Positions 18,461-27,743 are shown, counted from the stretch's first letter. The stretch is 41,973 nt of DNA from an uncultured Eubacteriales bacterium (GCA_900316815.1 ONEN01000003.1:1-41973); one strand, 5' to 3'. The notes: generated by a model from the sequence alone, not told the origin. Program-made: numbers and translations.

Positions 18461-19711
18461 ATGAGAAAATTTTCCGTTTCAGCAGGCGCCCTGGCCGTGC
18501 TGCTGACAGCGACGGCTCTCACGGGCTGCTCACTGTTGTCGGAGAGCAGCGGCAAGGCGCCCGCAGAGGCGCGGCAGTCTTCTTCGGGCACTTCCGTGGA
18601 GGAGCTGCGCCGGAAATATACAGGCTACGGCTTCAAGGCGCTGAAAACCGTTGAGGAGCAGCTGCTTTACGCGGATATTGACGAATCGGCAAACAAGCTG
18701 AAGAGCGAGGACTTTTTCGGCAGGGGCTTCACCGAAACCAACCGCGTGACCGATATTCTGGAGCTGTATAAGGACGACCATCCCGAGGTGTTCTGGATCG
18801 ACGAGACGGAGCCATACTACTATACGCAGGAACCAAACGGCATGACGCTGCAGCTGCACTTCAAGCTGGAGGGCGAGGAGCTGCAGAAGGCGCGCGGCGA
18901 ATTGGATGCGGCGGTGAAGGAGGCGCTGGAGGACGCGCCTGTGGACGGGACTGACTATCAGAAGGAGCTGTACGCCCACGACAGGCTGATCGACAACTGC
19001 ATCTATGACGACGAGGCGGTGGAGATGCACAAGCAGTCGCAGGTGCGCGGCAACGAGCAAAACGCCTACGGCGCGCTGGTGGAGGGCAAGGCGGTCTGCG
19101 AGGGCTATACCCGCGCCTTCCAGATACTCTGCGACAGGCTGGACGTCAAGTGCTGGGTCATACAGGGCAAGGCGCTGAACTTTGGCGACGACGGCAAGGT
19201 GAACCACATCTGGAACTGCGTGCAGCTGGAAGACAGCTGGTACTATGTGGACGTGACGTGGGACGACTACGAGGACGCCCCCGCGCCTACCGACCACTAC
19301 TTCTACTTTAACCTCACGACCGAGGAGCTGGTGAAGGACCACGAGATTTCGCCGCTCTACACCGAAAGTAAAGATACGAATGTGTGGGTCAACGGCTATG
19401 TGCCCGAGTGTACCGCCACAAAGTACTATTATTTTAACCTCAACGCCCATCCGATCGACAGCGCCGAGGCTGCGGGCTGCGCGCGGTTCGTGGCGGAGGC
19501 GGCGGCGAACAAGTCGGCGAGCTGCTGCTTCCTTGTCAGTCAGGACGCGGACTTTGAGGCGGTATTCGACGAGGTCGTGAACGGCAGCGCCTATGACTGG
19601 GTGTCGGGCGCGAACGAAATCAACGGCTATGACCCGCAGATCAGCGCCAACTGCAAGCTCAGCAACAACACCGAGCGCAGGGTGATCACGCTGATTCTGG
19701 ATTACGAATAA
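18461..19711 (+). CDS. Transglutaminase-like domain lipoprotein
   Basis: Lipobox LTGC; Cys-His-Asp triad in AVCEGY, HIWN and VDVTWDD. Confidence 0.8.
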   Translation: MRKFSVSAGALAVLLTATALTGCSLLSESSGKAPAEARQSSSGTSVEELRRKYTGYGFKALKTVEEQLLYADIDESANKLKSEDFFGRGFTETNRVTDILELYKDDHPEVFWIDETEPYYYTQEPNGMTLQLHFKLEGEELQKARGELDAAVKEALEDAPVDGTDYQKELYAHDRLIDNCIYDDEAVEMHKQSQVRGNEQNAYGALVEGKAVCEGYTRAFQILCDRLDVKCWVIQGKALNFGDDGKVNHIWNCVQLEDSWYYVDVTWDDYEDAPAPTDHYFYFNLTTEELVKDHEISPLYTESKDTNVWVNGYVPECTATKYYYFNLNAHPIDSAEAAGCARFVAEAAANKSASCCFLVSQDADFEAVFDEVVNGSAYDWVSGANEINGYDPQISANCKLSNNTERRVITLILDYE

Positions 19712-19740
19712 CAAATGAGAGCAGACAGGAGAGGTGAACG

Positions 19741-20487
19741 ATGAAATATGATGTCAGACAGCTTCCGCTGCTGTCGAACGAGGAAATCGCTCCCGGTATT
19801 TTTGACATGCGGCTGGAATACCGTCAGGATGATTTGCCCGTGGCGTGCGGACAGTTTGCGCATGTGTATGTGCCGGGCAAGTCGCTGCGCCGCCCGATCT
19901 CGGTGTGCGACGCGCGCGGCGGCGTGCTGCGGCTGGTGTACCAGGTAAAGGGCGAAGGCACCAAAATCATGTCGCGGATGCAGGGAGGCACGGTGGATGT
20001 GCTGGCGCCGCTGGGCAACGGTTTTTCCGTGACGGCGGGCAGGCGCTATTGCCTGATCGGCGGCGGTATCGGCGTGCCGCCGATGCTTTACACCGCGTCA
20101 CAATGCGAAAACCCGCTGATCATTACGGGCTTCCGCAGCGAATCCGCCGTTATTTTGCAGGACGACTTCAAGGCGCTGGGCGAGACGCTGCTCTGCACCG
20201 ACGACGGCAGCGCGGGCGAAAAGGGCTTTGTCACCGATCTGCTGCGCGCGCATATCAATGAGATCGACGAGGTGTGCGCCTGCGGTCCCACGCCCATGCT
20301 CAAGGCGGTGGCGGCGGTCTGCGCCGAATACGGCAAGCCGTGTCAGGTGTCGCTGGAGGAGCGCATGGGCTGCGGCGTCGGCGCGTGCCTGGTGTGCGCC
20401 GTCAAGGTGCGCCAAAACGGGGAGGAAGTTATGCAGCATGTCTGCAAGAACGGCCCAGTATTCAACGCGGAGGAGGTAGTGTTCTGA
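19741..20487 (+). CDS. pyrK: Dihydroorotate dehydrogenase electron transfer subunit
   Basis: RRPISV, GGGIGVPP, CGPTPM, EERMGCGVGACLVC, CKNGPVF. Confidence 0.92.
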   Translation: MKYDVRQLPLLSNEEIAPGIFDMRLEYRQDDLPVACGQFAHVYVPGKSLRRPISVCDARGGVLRLVYQVKGEGTKIMSRMQGGTVDVLAPLGNGFSVTAGRRYCLIGGGIGVPPMLYTASQCENPLIITGFRSESAVILQDDFKALGETLLCTDDGSAGEKGFVTDLLRAHINEIDEVCACGPTPMLKAVAAVCAEYGKPCQVSLEERMGCGVGACLVCAVKVRQNGEEVMQHVCKNGPVFNAEEVVF

Positions 20488-21398
20488 TGGCTGATTTATC
20501 GGTTAAGGTCGCGGGCGTGTCGTTTAACAATCCGCTGATTGCCGCGTCGGGCACCTTTGGCTTCGGCAGGGAGTACGGCGAGTTTTATCCGCTCTCTACG
20601 CTGGGCGGCATCTCCTGCAAGGGAATCACCCTCAAGCGCCGCGACGGCAATCCGCCGCCGCGCATCGCGGAGACGCCCTCGGGCATTCTCAACGCCGTGG
20701 GCTTGCAGAATCCGGGTGTGGATGTGTTTATCCGCGAGGATCTGCCCCGGCTCAAGCAGCAGAATACGGTGGTGATCGCCAACATCGCGGGCAACACCGT
20801 GGAGGAGTACTGCCAAATGGCGGAAAAGCTCAGCGAGACCGATGTGGATATGATTGAGCTGAACATCTCCTGCCCCAACGTGAAAAGCGGCGGCGTGCAG
20901 TTCGGCACGAGCTGCGAGAGTGTGGGCAACATCACGGCGGCGGTGCGCCGCTTCTGTAAAAAGCCGCTGATCGTCAAGCTCAGCCCGAATGTGACGGACA
21001 TCGCTTCCATCGCGCAGGCGGCGGAGGCGGAGGGCGCCGACGCGGTTTCAATGATCAACACCCTGACGGGAATGCGGATCGACATCCGCACGCGGCGGCC
21101 GATCATCCGCAACAACACGGGCGGACTCAGCGGCGCGGCAGTGTTCCCCGTAGCGGTGAGAATGGTGTGGCAGGTCGCCAACGCGGTCAGGATTCCGATC
21201 ATCGGCATGGGCGGCATCTCCACCTGGGAGGACGCGGTTGAAATGCTGATGGCAGGCGCCACCGCGCTGCAAATCGGAACGGTGCTGTTTTCCGACCCGT
21301 ACGCGCCCGTCAAAATCAACGAGGGGCTGAACCGTTTCCTGGACGAAAACGGCATGAAAAGCGTCACCGAGCTGACAGGCACGGTTAAGCCGTGGTAA
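20487..21398 (+). CDS. pyrD: Dihydroorotate dehydrogenase 1B catalytic subunit
   Basis: ASGTFG, NAVGLQNPG, ELNISCPN, KLSPN, INT, GGLSG; start overlaps the pyrK stop. Confidence 0.95.
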   Translation: MADLSVKVAGVSFNNPLIAASGTFGFGREYGEFYPLSTLGGISCKGITLKRRDGNPPPRIAETPSGILNAVGLQNPGVDVFIREDLPRLKQQNTVVIANIAGNTVEEYCQMAEKLSETDVDMIELNISCPNVKSGGVQFGTSCESVGNITAAVRRFCKKPLIVKLSPNVTDIASIAQAAEAEGADAVSMINTLTGMRIDIRTRRPIIRNNTGGLSGAAVFPVAVRMVWQVANAVRIPIIGMGGISTWEDAVEMLMAGATALQIGTVLFSDPYAPVKINEGLNRFLDENGMKSVTELTGTVKPW

Positions 21399-21422
21399 TG
21401 AAATAACAGATAGCAATAATAA

Positions 21423-21461
21423 ATCGGACAGAAGGGTATTGAACTTTCCCTTCTGTCCGAT
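21423..21461. terminator. Hairpin between convergent pyrD and TIGR01440 genes
   Basis: 14-bp perfect inverted repeat ATCGGACAGAAGGG / CCCTTCTGTCCGAT. Confidence 0.7.
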
Positions 21462-21483
21462 CGTTTGTTGTGCGGCTGTGCGC

Positions 21484-22017
21484 TTATTCGTATTTCGCTC
21501 TTTCTCCGCCGATATATTTCGGTCTGGTTCTCGCCGCCAGCAAAATGGCGCTGCCGATGTGATCCAGGCTCAGGCGCACGGGCACGGCTACGCGCTTGAG
21601 GTGCATACCGATCAGGGTGCCGCCGATGTCGAGCCCCGCGTCCGCTCTGATTTCCTCGAGCATGACGGGCTCCTTAAAGGTGCGGTAGGCGGTGGTGGCA
21701 AAGGAGCCGCCCGCCTTGGGCTGCGGCACAACGCAGACCTCCTCCGCGTTCGGCACGGCAGCGCGCTCCACGCAGATGGCGCGGTTGAGGTGCTCGCAGC
21801 ACTGCGCCGCGAGGTAGATACCCTTTTCGTTCACCGCGTCGTAAATGCCGCCGAACACAGCCTCGGCGGTTTCAAGGCTGGAATTGTGGCCGATCACGCC
21901 TCCCGCTACCTCGCTGGAGGAGCAGCCGACAACGAGAATATCGCCCGCTTTGAGCTTGGCGGCGGCGATGATTTCCTCCGCCGCCTGTCTGGCTTGGTTG
22001 TATATCGCAGTGTTCAT
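21484..22017 (-). CDS. TIGR01440/UPF0340 (YwlG-like) protein
   Basis: VVGCSSSEV, QCCEHLNRA, PKAGGS, GLDIGGTLIGMHLK, RPKYIGGERA; SD AGGAG before ATG at 22017. Confidence 0.88.
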   Translation of the reverse strand: MNTAIYNQARQAAEEIIAAAKLKAGDILVVGCSSSEVAGGVIGHNSSLETAEAVFGGIYDAVNEKGIYLAAQCCEHLNRAICVERAAVPNAEEVCVVPQPKAGGSFATTAYRTFKEPVMLEEIRADAGLDIGGTLIGMHLKRVAVPVRLSLDHIGSAILLAARTRPKYIGGERAKYE

Positions 22018-22155
22018 ATTATCATCTCCTGCTCCTATTATAGCAGGCTTGCCGCCAAGTTGCAATAATATTCGAAGCGGCGTCACCTTTTTTTGTTTTT
22101 CCCATAGTATATAGCAGGACGTGAAAAGCAAAAGCAAAGGAAAAGGAGAGTTTGT

Positions 22156-23076
22156 ATGGGCTTGGAAGGCAAAAAAGGCGTTGATCTTTCTTCGCTGAAC
22201 GGCGACGTCGATATAGAGGCTGTCAAGCGGGCGGGCTATGATTTTGCCATGCTGCGCTGCGGATACGGCAGTGATATCCGCGTGCAGGACGATACGCAGT
22301 TTGAAAACAACGTGAGAAAATGCGAGGCGGCGGGCATTCCGTGGGGAGCATATTTATATTCCTACGCGCTCAGCACGGAGGACGCCAAAAGCGAGGTAAA
22401 GCATGTGCTGCGTATGCTCAAGGGCAAGCGCCCCACGCTGCCCGTGGCGATCGATATGGAGGACGCGGACGGCTACCACGCGAAGCACGGCGGCTGGAAT
22501 TATGACAACGTGAACAACGTCTGCAAAATATTCGTGCATGAGATCCGCGCGGCGGGCTATTATCCGATGATCTACACGGGACTGGAGGAGATACACAACT
22601 ATATTTCCTCCGAGGTGCTCAACAGCTGCGATCTGTGGTTCGCGCAGTGGTGGAAGCAGCCCGATTACGACGGCAAAAACCTCGGCATGTGGCAGTACGG
22701 CGGCGAGGTGAACTATCTGGAGAGCAACAGCATCGACGGGGTCGGCGTGGTAGACAAGGACAAATGCTACAGGGACTATCCGTCCATCATCAGGAACGGC
22801 GGCTTTAACGGCTGGGGAAAATCTGACAAGGTTCTGGACAGCGAGGGCTACCGGTATCTGGACAGGGGCACGGGGGTTCTCGCGCTCAAGGAGCTGTTAT
22901 TGCTCGCCAAGAAGCTGGGCATCACCACGCAGGGAATGGATGAAAACGGCGTGTTCGGCGACGGCACAAAAATCGCCGTGAACCGGGTGCTCCAACGGGG
23001 CGGTTATGAGCAGAACGGAATCGCGGGTGAAAAATTCATCAAATACCTGTCAAAGCTGATCAAGCAGACCGTATAG
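22156..23076 (+). CDS. GH25 muramidase with C-terminal peptidoglycan-binding-like domain
   Basis: GVDLS, LRCGYG, GAYLYSYA, DME, MWQY; C-terminal GVFGDGTKIAV...NGIAG. No signal peptide. Confidence 0.85.
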   Translation: MGLEGKKGVDLSSLNGDVDIEAVKRAGYDFAMLRCGYGSDIRVQDDTQFENNVRKCEAAGIPWGAYLYSYALSTEDAKSEVKHVLRMLKGKRPTLPVAIDMEDADGYHAKHGGWNYDNVNNVCKIFVHEIRAAGYYPMIYTGLEEIHNYISSEVLNSCDLWFAQWWKQPDYDGKNLGMWQYGGEVNYLESNSIDGVGVVDKDKCYRDYPSIIRNGGFNGWGKSDKVLDSEGYRYLDRGTGVLALKELLLLAKKLGITTQGMDENGVFGDGTKIAVNRVLQRGGYEQNGIAGEKFIKYLSKLIKQTV

Positions 23077-23159
23077 CGGAAAAAGACCGGCAAAAAGCCC
23101 TGCGTGCAGTGCGCGCAGGGCTTCATTATCATCTTGTGGTTTGTCGGAAAAAATTGTTA

Positions 23160-23846
23160 TCAGTCGAGAACGGAGCTCTTGCCGATATAGGCGCTCTTGT
23201 ACCATGTTTCGGCGTTATCGTTTTTAACTTCCTTTCCGTCGATTTCGTAGGAAGAAACGATGCATCTGACGCCGGTAATGCGACCCTTGGTGGTTCTGAG
23301 GGCGATTTCTTCGGTTGCGCCCGGTTCGATGGTTACGTCATCGTTGGTGACGAAGCTTTTTACATATTTTTCGCTGTTGCCGAAGTAGGAAAGGGTGCCG
23401 GTTTGGAGCGCCAGCGCACAGTTATCGCTGTCATAAGCCAGCACGTCGATGGAAACCTTTGATACGGCTTTGCTGTCGTTGTTGGTGATGTGGAGAACGA
23501 TCGCGTCGTTTCCTGCCATGGAGTAACCGGAGAACGCGTCCTCGATGATTTCCTTCTTGGTGACTTTGACCTTGCAGTCGTCGTCTTCCTCGATTTTTTT
23601 CAAGGTATCAACATCAACGGGGTCTCCCTTTTCAACTTCAGATTCCTCTTTGGAAGACTCCGCTTTTGAAGATTCCTCCTTCGATTCTTCTTTTGACTCC
23701 TCTTTTGATTCCTCCTTAGAGGATTCCGCTACGGAAGACTCCGCGGCTTTTGTTTCCTGCGTGCCGGAAGCCGGCGCATTGTTGGCGCATCCGACCAGAA
23801 GGGCGGCAAAGGCGGCCGCAAGAATAAACGATAAGATTTTTTTCAT
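23160..23846 (-). CDS. Lipoprotein of unknown function with SKEE repeat linker
   Basis: Lipobox LVGC, several (S)KEE(S) repeats, then a beta-rich domain. Confidence 0.75.
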   Translation of the reverse strand: MKKILSFILAAAFAALLVGCANNAPASGTQETKAAESSVAESSKEESKEESKEESKEESSKAESSKEESEVEKGDPVDVDTLKKIEEDDDCKVKVTKKEIIEDAFSGYSMAGNDAIVLHITNNDSKAVSKVSIDVLAYDSDNCALALQTGTLSYFGNSEKYVKSFVTNDDVTIEPGATEEIALRTTKGRITGVRCIVSSYEIDGKEVKNDNAETWYKSAYIGKSSVLD

Positions 23847-24043
23847 AATGATTCCTCCTAAAAAGTCATAATTGAACGCGCAGTCATTATCCCTGCGTGT
23901 GAATACCCAAGCATTCGCATGTCTTTTTTACCGATATTATTTGATATAACGCGTCAGGTTTTATGAATAATCGGCAAAAACTACCAAGTAGATTGTACCA
24001 TAGATGTCGCTAAAATGCAACTGTTTTTTATATATAGTTTATG

Positions 24044-24080
24044 AAAAAACAGCGGTCAGTCCCAAGGGGACCGGCCGCTG
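24044..24080 (-). terminator. Intrinsic terminator of the aquaporin gene
   Basis: GC-rich hairpin CAGCGG...CCGCTG followed by T6 on the minus strand. Confidence 0.7.
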
Positions 24081-24098
24081 TAATGAATACGCAGAGTT

Positions 24099-24872
24099 TT
24101 ATTTTGCTTCCTTCTCGAGGAATTTGTAAAGGAACGCCGCAAGCGCCGCGCCGATCATGGGGCCGACGATGAACGCCCACAGGCAGATGATCGGGGTGAA
24201 GTTGCCGGTGAACATCGCAACCAGAGCGGGGCCGAAGCTGCGCGCGGGGTTGACGGAGGTGCCGGTGAGGCCGATGCCGAAGATGTGGATCAGGGTGAGG
24301 GTCAGACCGATAACCAGACCGCCGAAGGAGCCGTGACCGGCCTTCTTGGAGGTGACGCCCAGAATCGCGAACACGAACACGCAGGTGAGAACGATCTCAA
24401 CAAGCAGACCCGCAATGTGGTTGCCGCCGACGCCCGCCATCGTGTTGGAGCCGAAGCCGAAGGTGAGCTGCGCGTCGGGAACGGGAACCAGAGAGCCGTC
24501 CTTGGCAGCGGAGGTGAAGGTGCCGGTTCTGTCGATGACGCCGCCTGCGGCGAAAATAAGCGCCAGAAGACCGGAGCCAGCCAGAGCGCCCGCACACTGC
24601 GCGACAACGTAGCCGACGAAATCGGTCACGCTCATGCCGCCGGAGAGCAGCACGCCGAAGGATACGGCGGGGTTGATGTGGCAGCCGGAGATGTTGCCGA
24701 CGCTGTACGCCATTGCGACGATCACAAGACCAAACGCGAGTGCGGTCAGGATGTAGCCGCCGCCGAGCACGGAGTCACAGCCGACGAGCATAGCGGTTCC
24801 GCAGCCGAACACGACCAGAACGAGGGTTCCGATGAACTCGGCTACATACTTTTTAATGGAATTTGCATTCAT
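24099..24872 (-). CDS. MIP-family channel (aquaporin Z-like)
   Basis: AEFIGT, SGCHINPAVS, GTSVNPARSFGPA; SD GGAGG before ATG at 24872. Confidence 0.92.
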   Translation of the reverse strand: MNANSIKKYVAEFIGTLVLVVFGCGTAMLVGCDSVLGGGYILTALAFGLVIVAMAYSVGNISGCHINPAVSFGVLLSGGMSVTDFVGYVVAQCAGALAGSGLLALIFAAGGVIDRTGTFTSAAKDGSLVPVPDAQLTFGFGSNTMAGVGGNHIAGLLVEIVLTCVFVFAILGVTSKKAGHGSFGGLVIGLTLTLIHIFGIGLTGTSVNPARSFGPALVAMFTGNFTPIICLWAFIVGPMIGAALAAFLYKFLEKEAK

Positions 24873-25069
24873 AAGTATTCCTCCTTTATGAATATTTATT
24901 TTTTCCATGAGATAAATATAGCACAAGGAGCAAGATAATGCAAGACGTAATACACAAAAATTTTAAAAAGCCGCGCGGTTAATAATTGATACCTTACAAA
25001 AATTGTCGTATGATGTCCAAGGGGAAACAGGCGCCCGACAGGCGCGAAAAAGCGCTTGTATACTGCGGT

Positions 25070-25348
25070 TTATGTCCAGAGCAGCGAGGTGAAAAACTGC
25101 TCGTAGGCGTCGTCCCAGCCGTCGATGGCGCCCACGCCGCCGCCGTTGACGCTGCGCAGCTTGGCGTCGTTTTCGGTGAGTCCCAGCGCGAAGAGCTCGC
25201 CTGTCTGTATGTCATAGCCCCTAGCCTGCGCCAGCGCGCAGAAGTCGTCCACAGGGTTGTCTGTGCCGCGGGTCTGCAGCAGCGCTTCACGGAGCGCCTC
25301 GTCCGCCTTAGCGTCCTGCAGCAGGCGGTTCAGTTCGAGTTCGATCAT
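25070..25348 (-). CDS. Small hypothetical protein with Nif11-leader-like N-terminus
   Basis: SD AAAGGA; LLQDAKADEALREALL...LAQARGYDI...LRSVNGGG. Confidence 0.65.
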   Translation of the reverse strand: MIELELNRLLQDAKADEALREALLQTRGTDNPVDDFCALAQARGYDIQTGELFALGLTENDAKLRSVNGGGVGAIDGWDDAYEQFFTSLLWT

Positions 25349-25399
25349 GGTAAACATCCTTTCAAAAAACAACGCCCGACGTCTGTCGGGCGCACAATA

Positions 25400-25549
25400 T
25401 TATTCGATAGCGCTGTCGAGGTACTCCATCAGTTCCTCGTCATCTTTTTTCTGCTTGTCTCTCACAATGAAGAACGCGGTGAGCGCGGCGGAAAGAGCAG
25501 CTACTACGGAAATGATACCGATAATCCAGAAGAGTTTTTTGTTTTTCAT
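25400..25549 (-). CDS. 49-aa single-pass membrane microprotein (absent from the ORF track)
   Basis: SD GGAGGT; MKNKKLFWIIGIISVVAALSAALTAFFIVRDKQKKDDEELMEYLDSAIE. Confidence 0.75.
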   Translation of the reverse strand: MKNKKLFWIIGIISVVAALSAALTAFFIVRDKQKKDDEELMEYLDSAIE

Positions 25550-25694
25550 GGGTGAAACCTCCATTACAATATAGTATTGACGATAACCGAATATATTACA
25601 CCCTTTATTTTATACAACTTTTCCCAAAATGTCAACAGAAAAACAAAAAAAGCAGAGAAAAACTCTGCTTTCAAATGTCGCTTGAAATTCGTTC

Positions 25695-25955
25695 TTACGC
25701 GGTCGCGTTCAGACGCTTGGCAAGATTTGATTTTCTTCTCGCAGCGGTGTTTTTGTGAAGAATGCCTCTGGCGGCAGCCTGATCAATCTTCTTAATCGCA
25801 AGGCGTACTGCCTCCTGCTTGTTGTCAGCATTGGTGTCAACAGCGAAGTACGCTTTCTTGATAGCTGTTTTCAGAGCGGATTTTGCTGCTTTGTTGCGGG
25901 CTGTTTTTGTAGCGATTACCTTAACGCGCTTTTTTGCGGACTTGATGTTTGCCAT
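25695..25955 (-). CDS. rpsT: 30S ribosomal protein S20
   Basis: [10 protein letters not shown]...[13 protein letters not shown]. Confidence 0.98.
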   Translation of the reverse strand: MANIKSAKKRVKVIATKTARNKAAKSALKTAIKKAYFAVDTNADNKQEAVRLAIKKIDQAAARGILHKNTAARRKSNLAKRLNATA

Positions 25956-26119
25956 TGTCCCACCTCCTTAGATATCAGTCATATGGGTAACATAATAGCA
26001 TAAAAGACCGTGAAAATCAAGCGTTTTTTCAAAAAAACTGCGAAATTTTGCGGCAAAGAAAAATTTGCCCCACATATTGTGGCGTTGATTGACCGAAACT
26101 GAATATGTGGTGCCGCGGC

Positions 26120-26377
26120 TCAGCCCTTTCGGCGCTTGATGATCCAGATGACCGCCATTGCCGCGGCGAACGCGCCGAGCACGCATTTGAAAATAACGCC
26201 CAAAACGCCGTCGAACATCGCCACGCCGCCAAAGGCGCGTATGCCGTACCACACGGTCATAAATACAAAAAACGCCGCCATCACCAGGGCGAGCAGCCCC
26301 TCTTTTCTGCCGACAACGGCTACCATCACGGCGAGCGCCGCCCACAGAAACACATAGGCGTAGTTGAGAAAACTCAT
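26120..26377 (-). CDS. Small 3-TM membrane protein
   Basis: 85 aa with three hydrophobic segments and a basic tail; GGGGGA SD-like sequence. Confidence 0.65.
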   Translation of the reverse strand: MSFLNYAYVFLWAALAVMVAVVGRKEGLLALVMAAFFVFMTVWYGIRAFGGVAMFDGVLGVIFKCVLGAFAAAMAVIWIIKRRKG

Positions 26378-26458
26378 AATATCCCCCGCTTTCCCCTATA
26401 CTATAGCCCGAAAGCGCGCCGTTGTCAATAAGAAAGACCGGCGGAAAACGGAAATCGG

Positions 26459-26540
26459 TTTTGACAACGGAATGGCTTACACAATGCCGCAGGGTGCAGC
26501 GTCATACTGCGGCATGAATGGAGCGCTTTGGCGCTCATAT
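26459..26540 (+). repeat. Second copy of the REP-like element at 4956
   Basis: 26459-26491 matches 4956-4988 at 32/33 nt, followed by ATGAAT and the palindrome GAGCGC-TTTG-GCGCTC. Confidence 0.75.
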
Positions 26541-26617
26541 TTAAAAATTGATTTCCGTGGCAACGGGTGACGGGGGAGTGAAAAATGTGAGGGATTTTAA
26601 AAATTTCAAAATTTTAC

Positions 26618-26646
26618 TTGACTTTTTCTGACTTTGGGTTTATAGT
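26618..26646 (+). promoter_or_regulatory. Sigma-A promoter of the hrcA-dnaK operon
   Basis: TTGACT-N17-TATAGT just upstream of CIRCE. Confidence 0.8.
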
Positions 26647-26659
26647 AGAACCATAGCAG

Positions 26660-26686
26660 TTAGCACTCGGACAACGAGAGTGCTAA
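26660..26686 (+). promoter_or_regulatory. CIRCE element (HrcA operator)
   Basis: Perfect TTAGCACTC-N9-GAGTGCTAA. Confidence 0.98.
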
Positions 26687-26714
26687 TCCCTCAGAAGAAA
26701 ACGAGGTGAAGGGT

Positions 26715-27743
26715 ATGGAACCTGCTGCGAGAAAGCGAAAGATCCTTGCGGCGATTGTGGAGCGCTTCATAGAGAGCGGCGAGCCTGTCGGCTCCAAATC
26801 GCTTTTGGCAGACGCGGGACTCAAGGTTTCCTCCGCTACCGTGCGCAACGACATGGCGGAGCTGACCGACAAGGGCTACCTTGCGCAGCCGCACACATCG
26901 GCAGGCAGAATCCCCACCGAGCTGGGCTACCGCTACTATGTTGACAACATAATGGAGCGCACGCCCGTCGGCGAGAACGGCAGGGAATACATCCGCGAGG
27001 CGCTGCTCCGTAACGCGGATTCCCCCGAAAGCATCCTGCAGGGCGCCGCGGATATTTTAACGCGGCTCACGGGCTTTGTGGCGATGGCGACCACGCCTGA
27101 CGGCGAAACGGCGCGCATACGCCGCATCAGCTTTGTGCCGACGGGAGCCCACGCGGGCATGGCGGTGGTGATCGCCTCCAGCGGCGTCATCAAAACAAAG
27201 CTGTTCCGCTGTGAGTTCCTGCTGACGCCCGAGATCTTGCAGGTGTTCGACAAGGCGCTCAACGAGACCTTCGCGGGCGTGCGCCTGGCATCGGTCAACC
27301 GTCCGTTTGTGCAGACGGCGGCGGCGGGCTTCGGCGAGCTGTCGCTGTTCATGACCTCTCCGCTGATGGCGGTGATGGAGGCGAGCGAGCAGGCGGCGCG
27401 TGTGAGCGTGTGTCACAGCGGCTTTGACCGCCTGATGAACACCGCGGACGTCAACCCCGCAGCGGCGCGCCGCGTGTGGGAGTTTTTGCAGAACGGGCAG
27501 GATCTGGCGGCGATACTGGAGCGGATGCCCCAGGGGCTGTCGGTGAGTATCGGCAGAGAGAACAGCCGCACCGAGCTGTCACAGAGCGCCGTCGCCTCGG
27601 CGCGTTACGCGGCGGAGGACGCCGTGACGGGCGTGCTGGCGGTCATCGGGCCGACGCGTATGGATTACGCGCGGGTGCTCTCCGTTCTGGAATGTGTGGC
27701 GGAGCAGACAGCCGAGCTGATCGGCGAGCTGATTGAAGTATGA
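26715..27743 (+). CDS. hrcA: Heat-inducible transcription repressor HrcA
   Basis: EPVGSK, VSSATVRNDMA, QPHTSAGRIPT, IGPTRMDY; CIRCE upstream. Confidence 0.95.
   Translation: MEPAARKRKILAAIVERFIESGEPVGSKSLLADAGLKVSSATVRNDMAELTDKGYLAQPHTSAGRIPTELGYRYYVDNIMERTPVGENGREYIREALLRNADSPESILQGAADILTRLTGFVAMATTPDGETARIRRISFVPTGAHAGMAVVIASSGVIKTKLFRCEFLLTPEILQVFDKALNETFAGVRLASVNRPFVQTAAAGFGELSLFMTSPLMAVMEASEQAARVSVCHSGFDRLMNTADVNPAAARRVWEFLQNGQDLAAILERMPQGLSVSIGRENSRTELSQSAVASARYAAEDAVTGVLAVIGPTRMDYARVLSVLECVAEQTAELIGELIEV

Noticed and set aside
22156-23076. Prophage remnant around the GH25 lysin
   Set aside because: Flanked by housekeeping genes, with no holin, integrase or structural genes.
23630-23730. 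12-bp SKEE repeats in the lipoprotein gene as a phase-variation locus
   Set aside because: In-frame, synonymously diverged, ordinary low-complexity linker.
26461-26485. Promoter at TTGACA...CACAAT
   Set aside because: The spacer is only 13 nt and the sequence belongs to the dispersed repeat; the hrcA promoter is better placed at 26618-26646.
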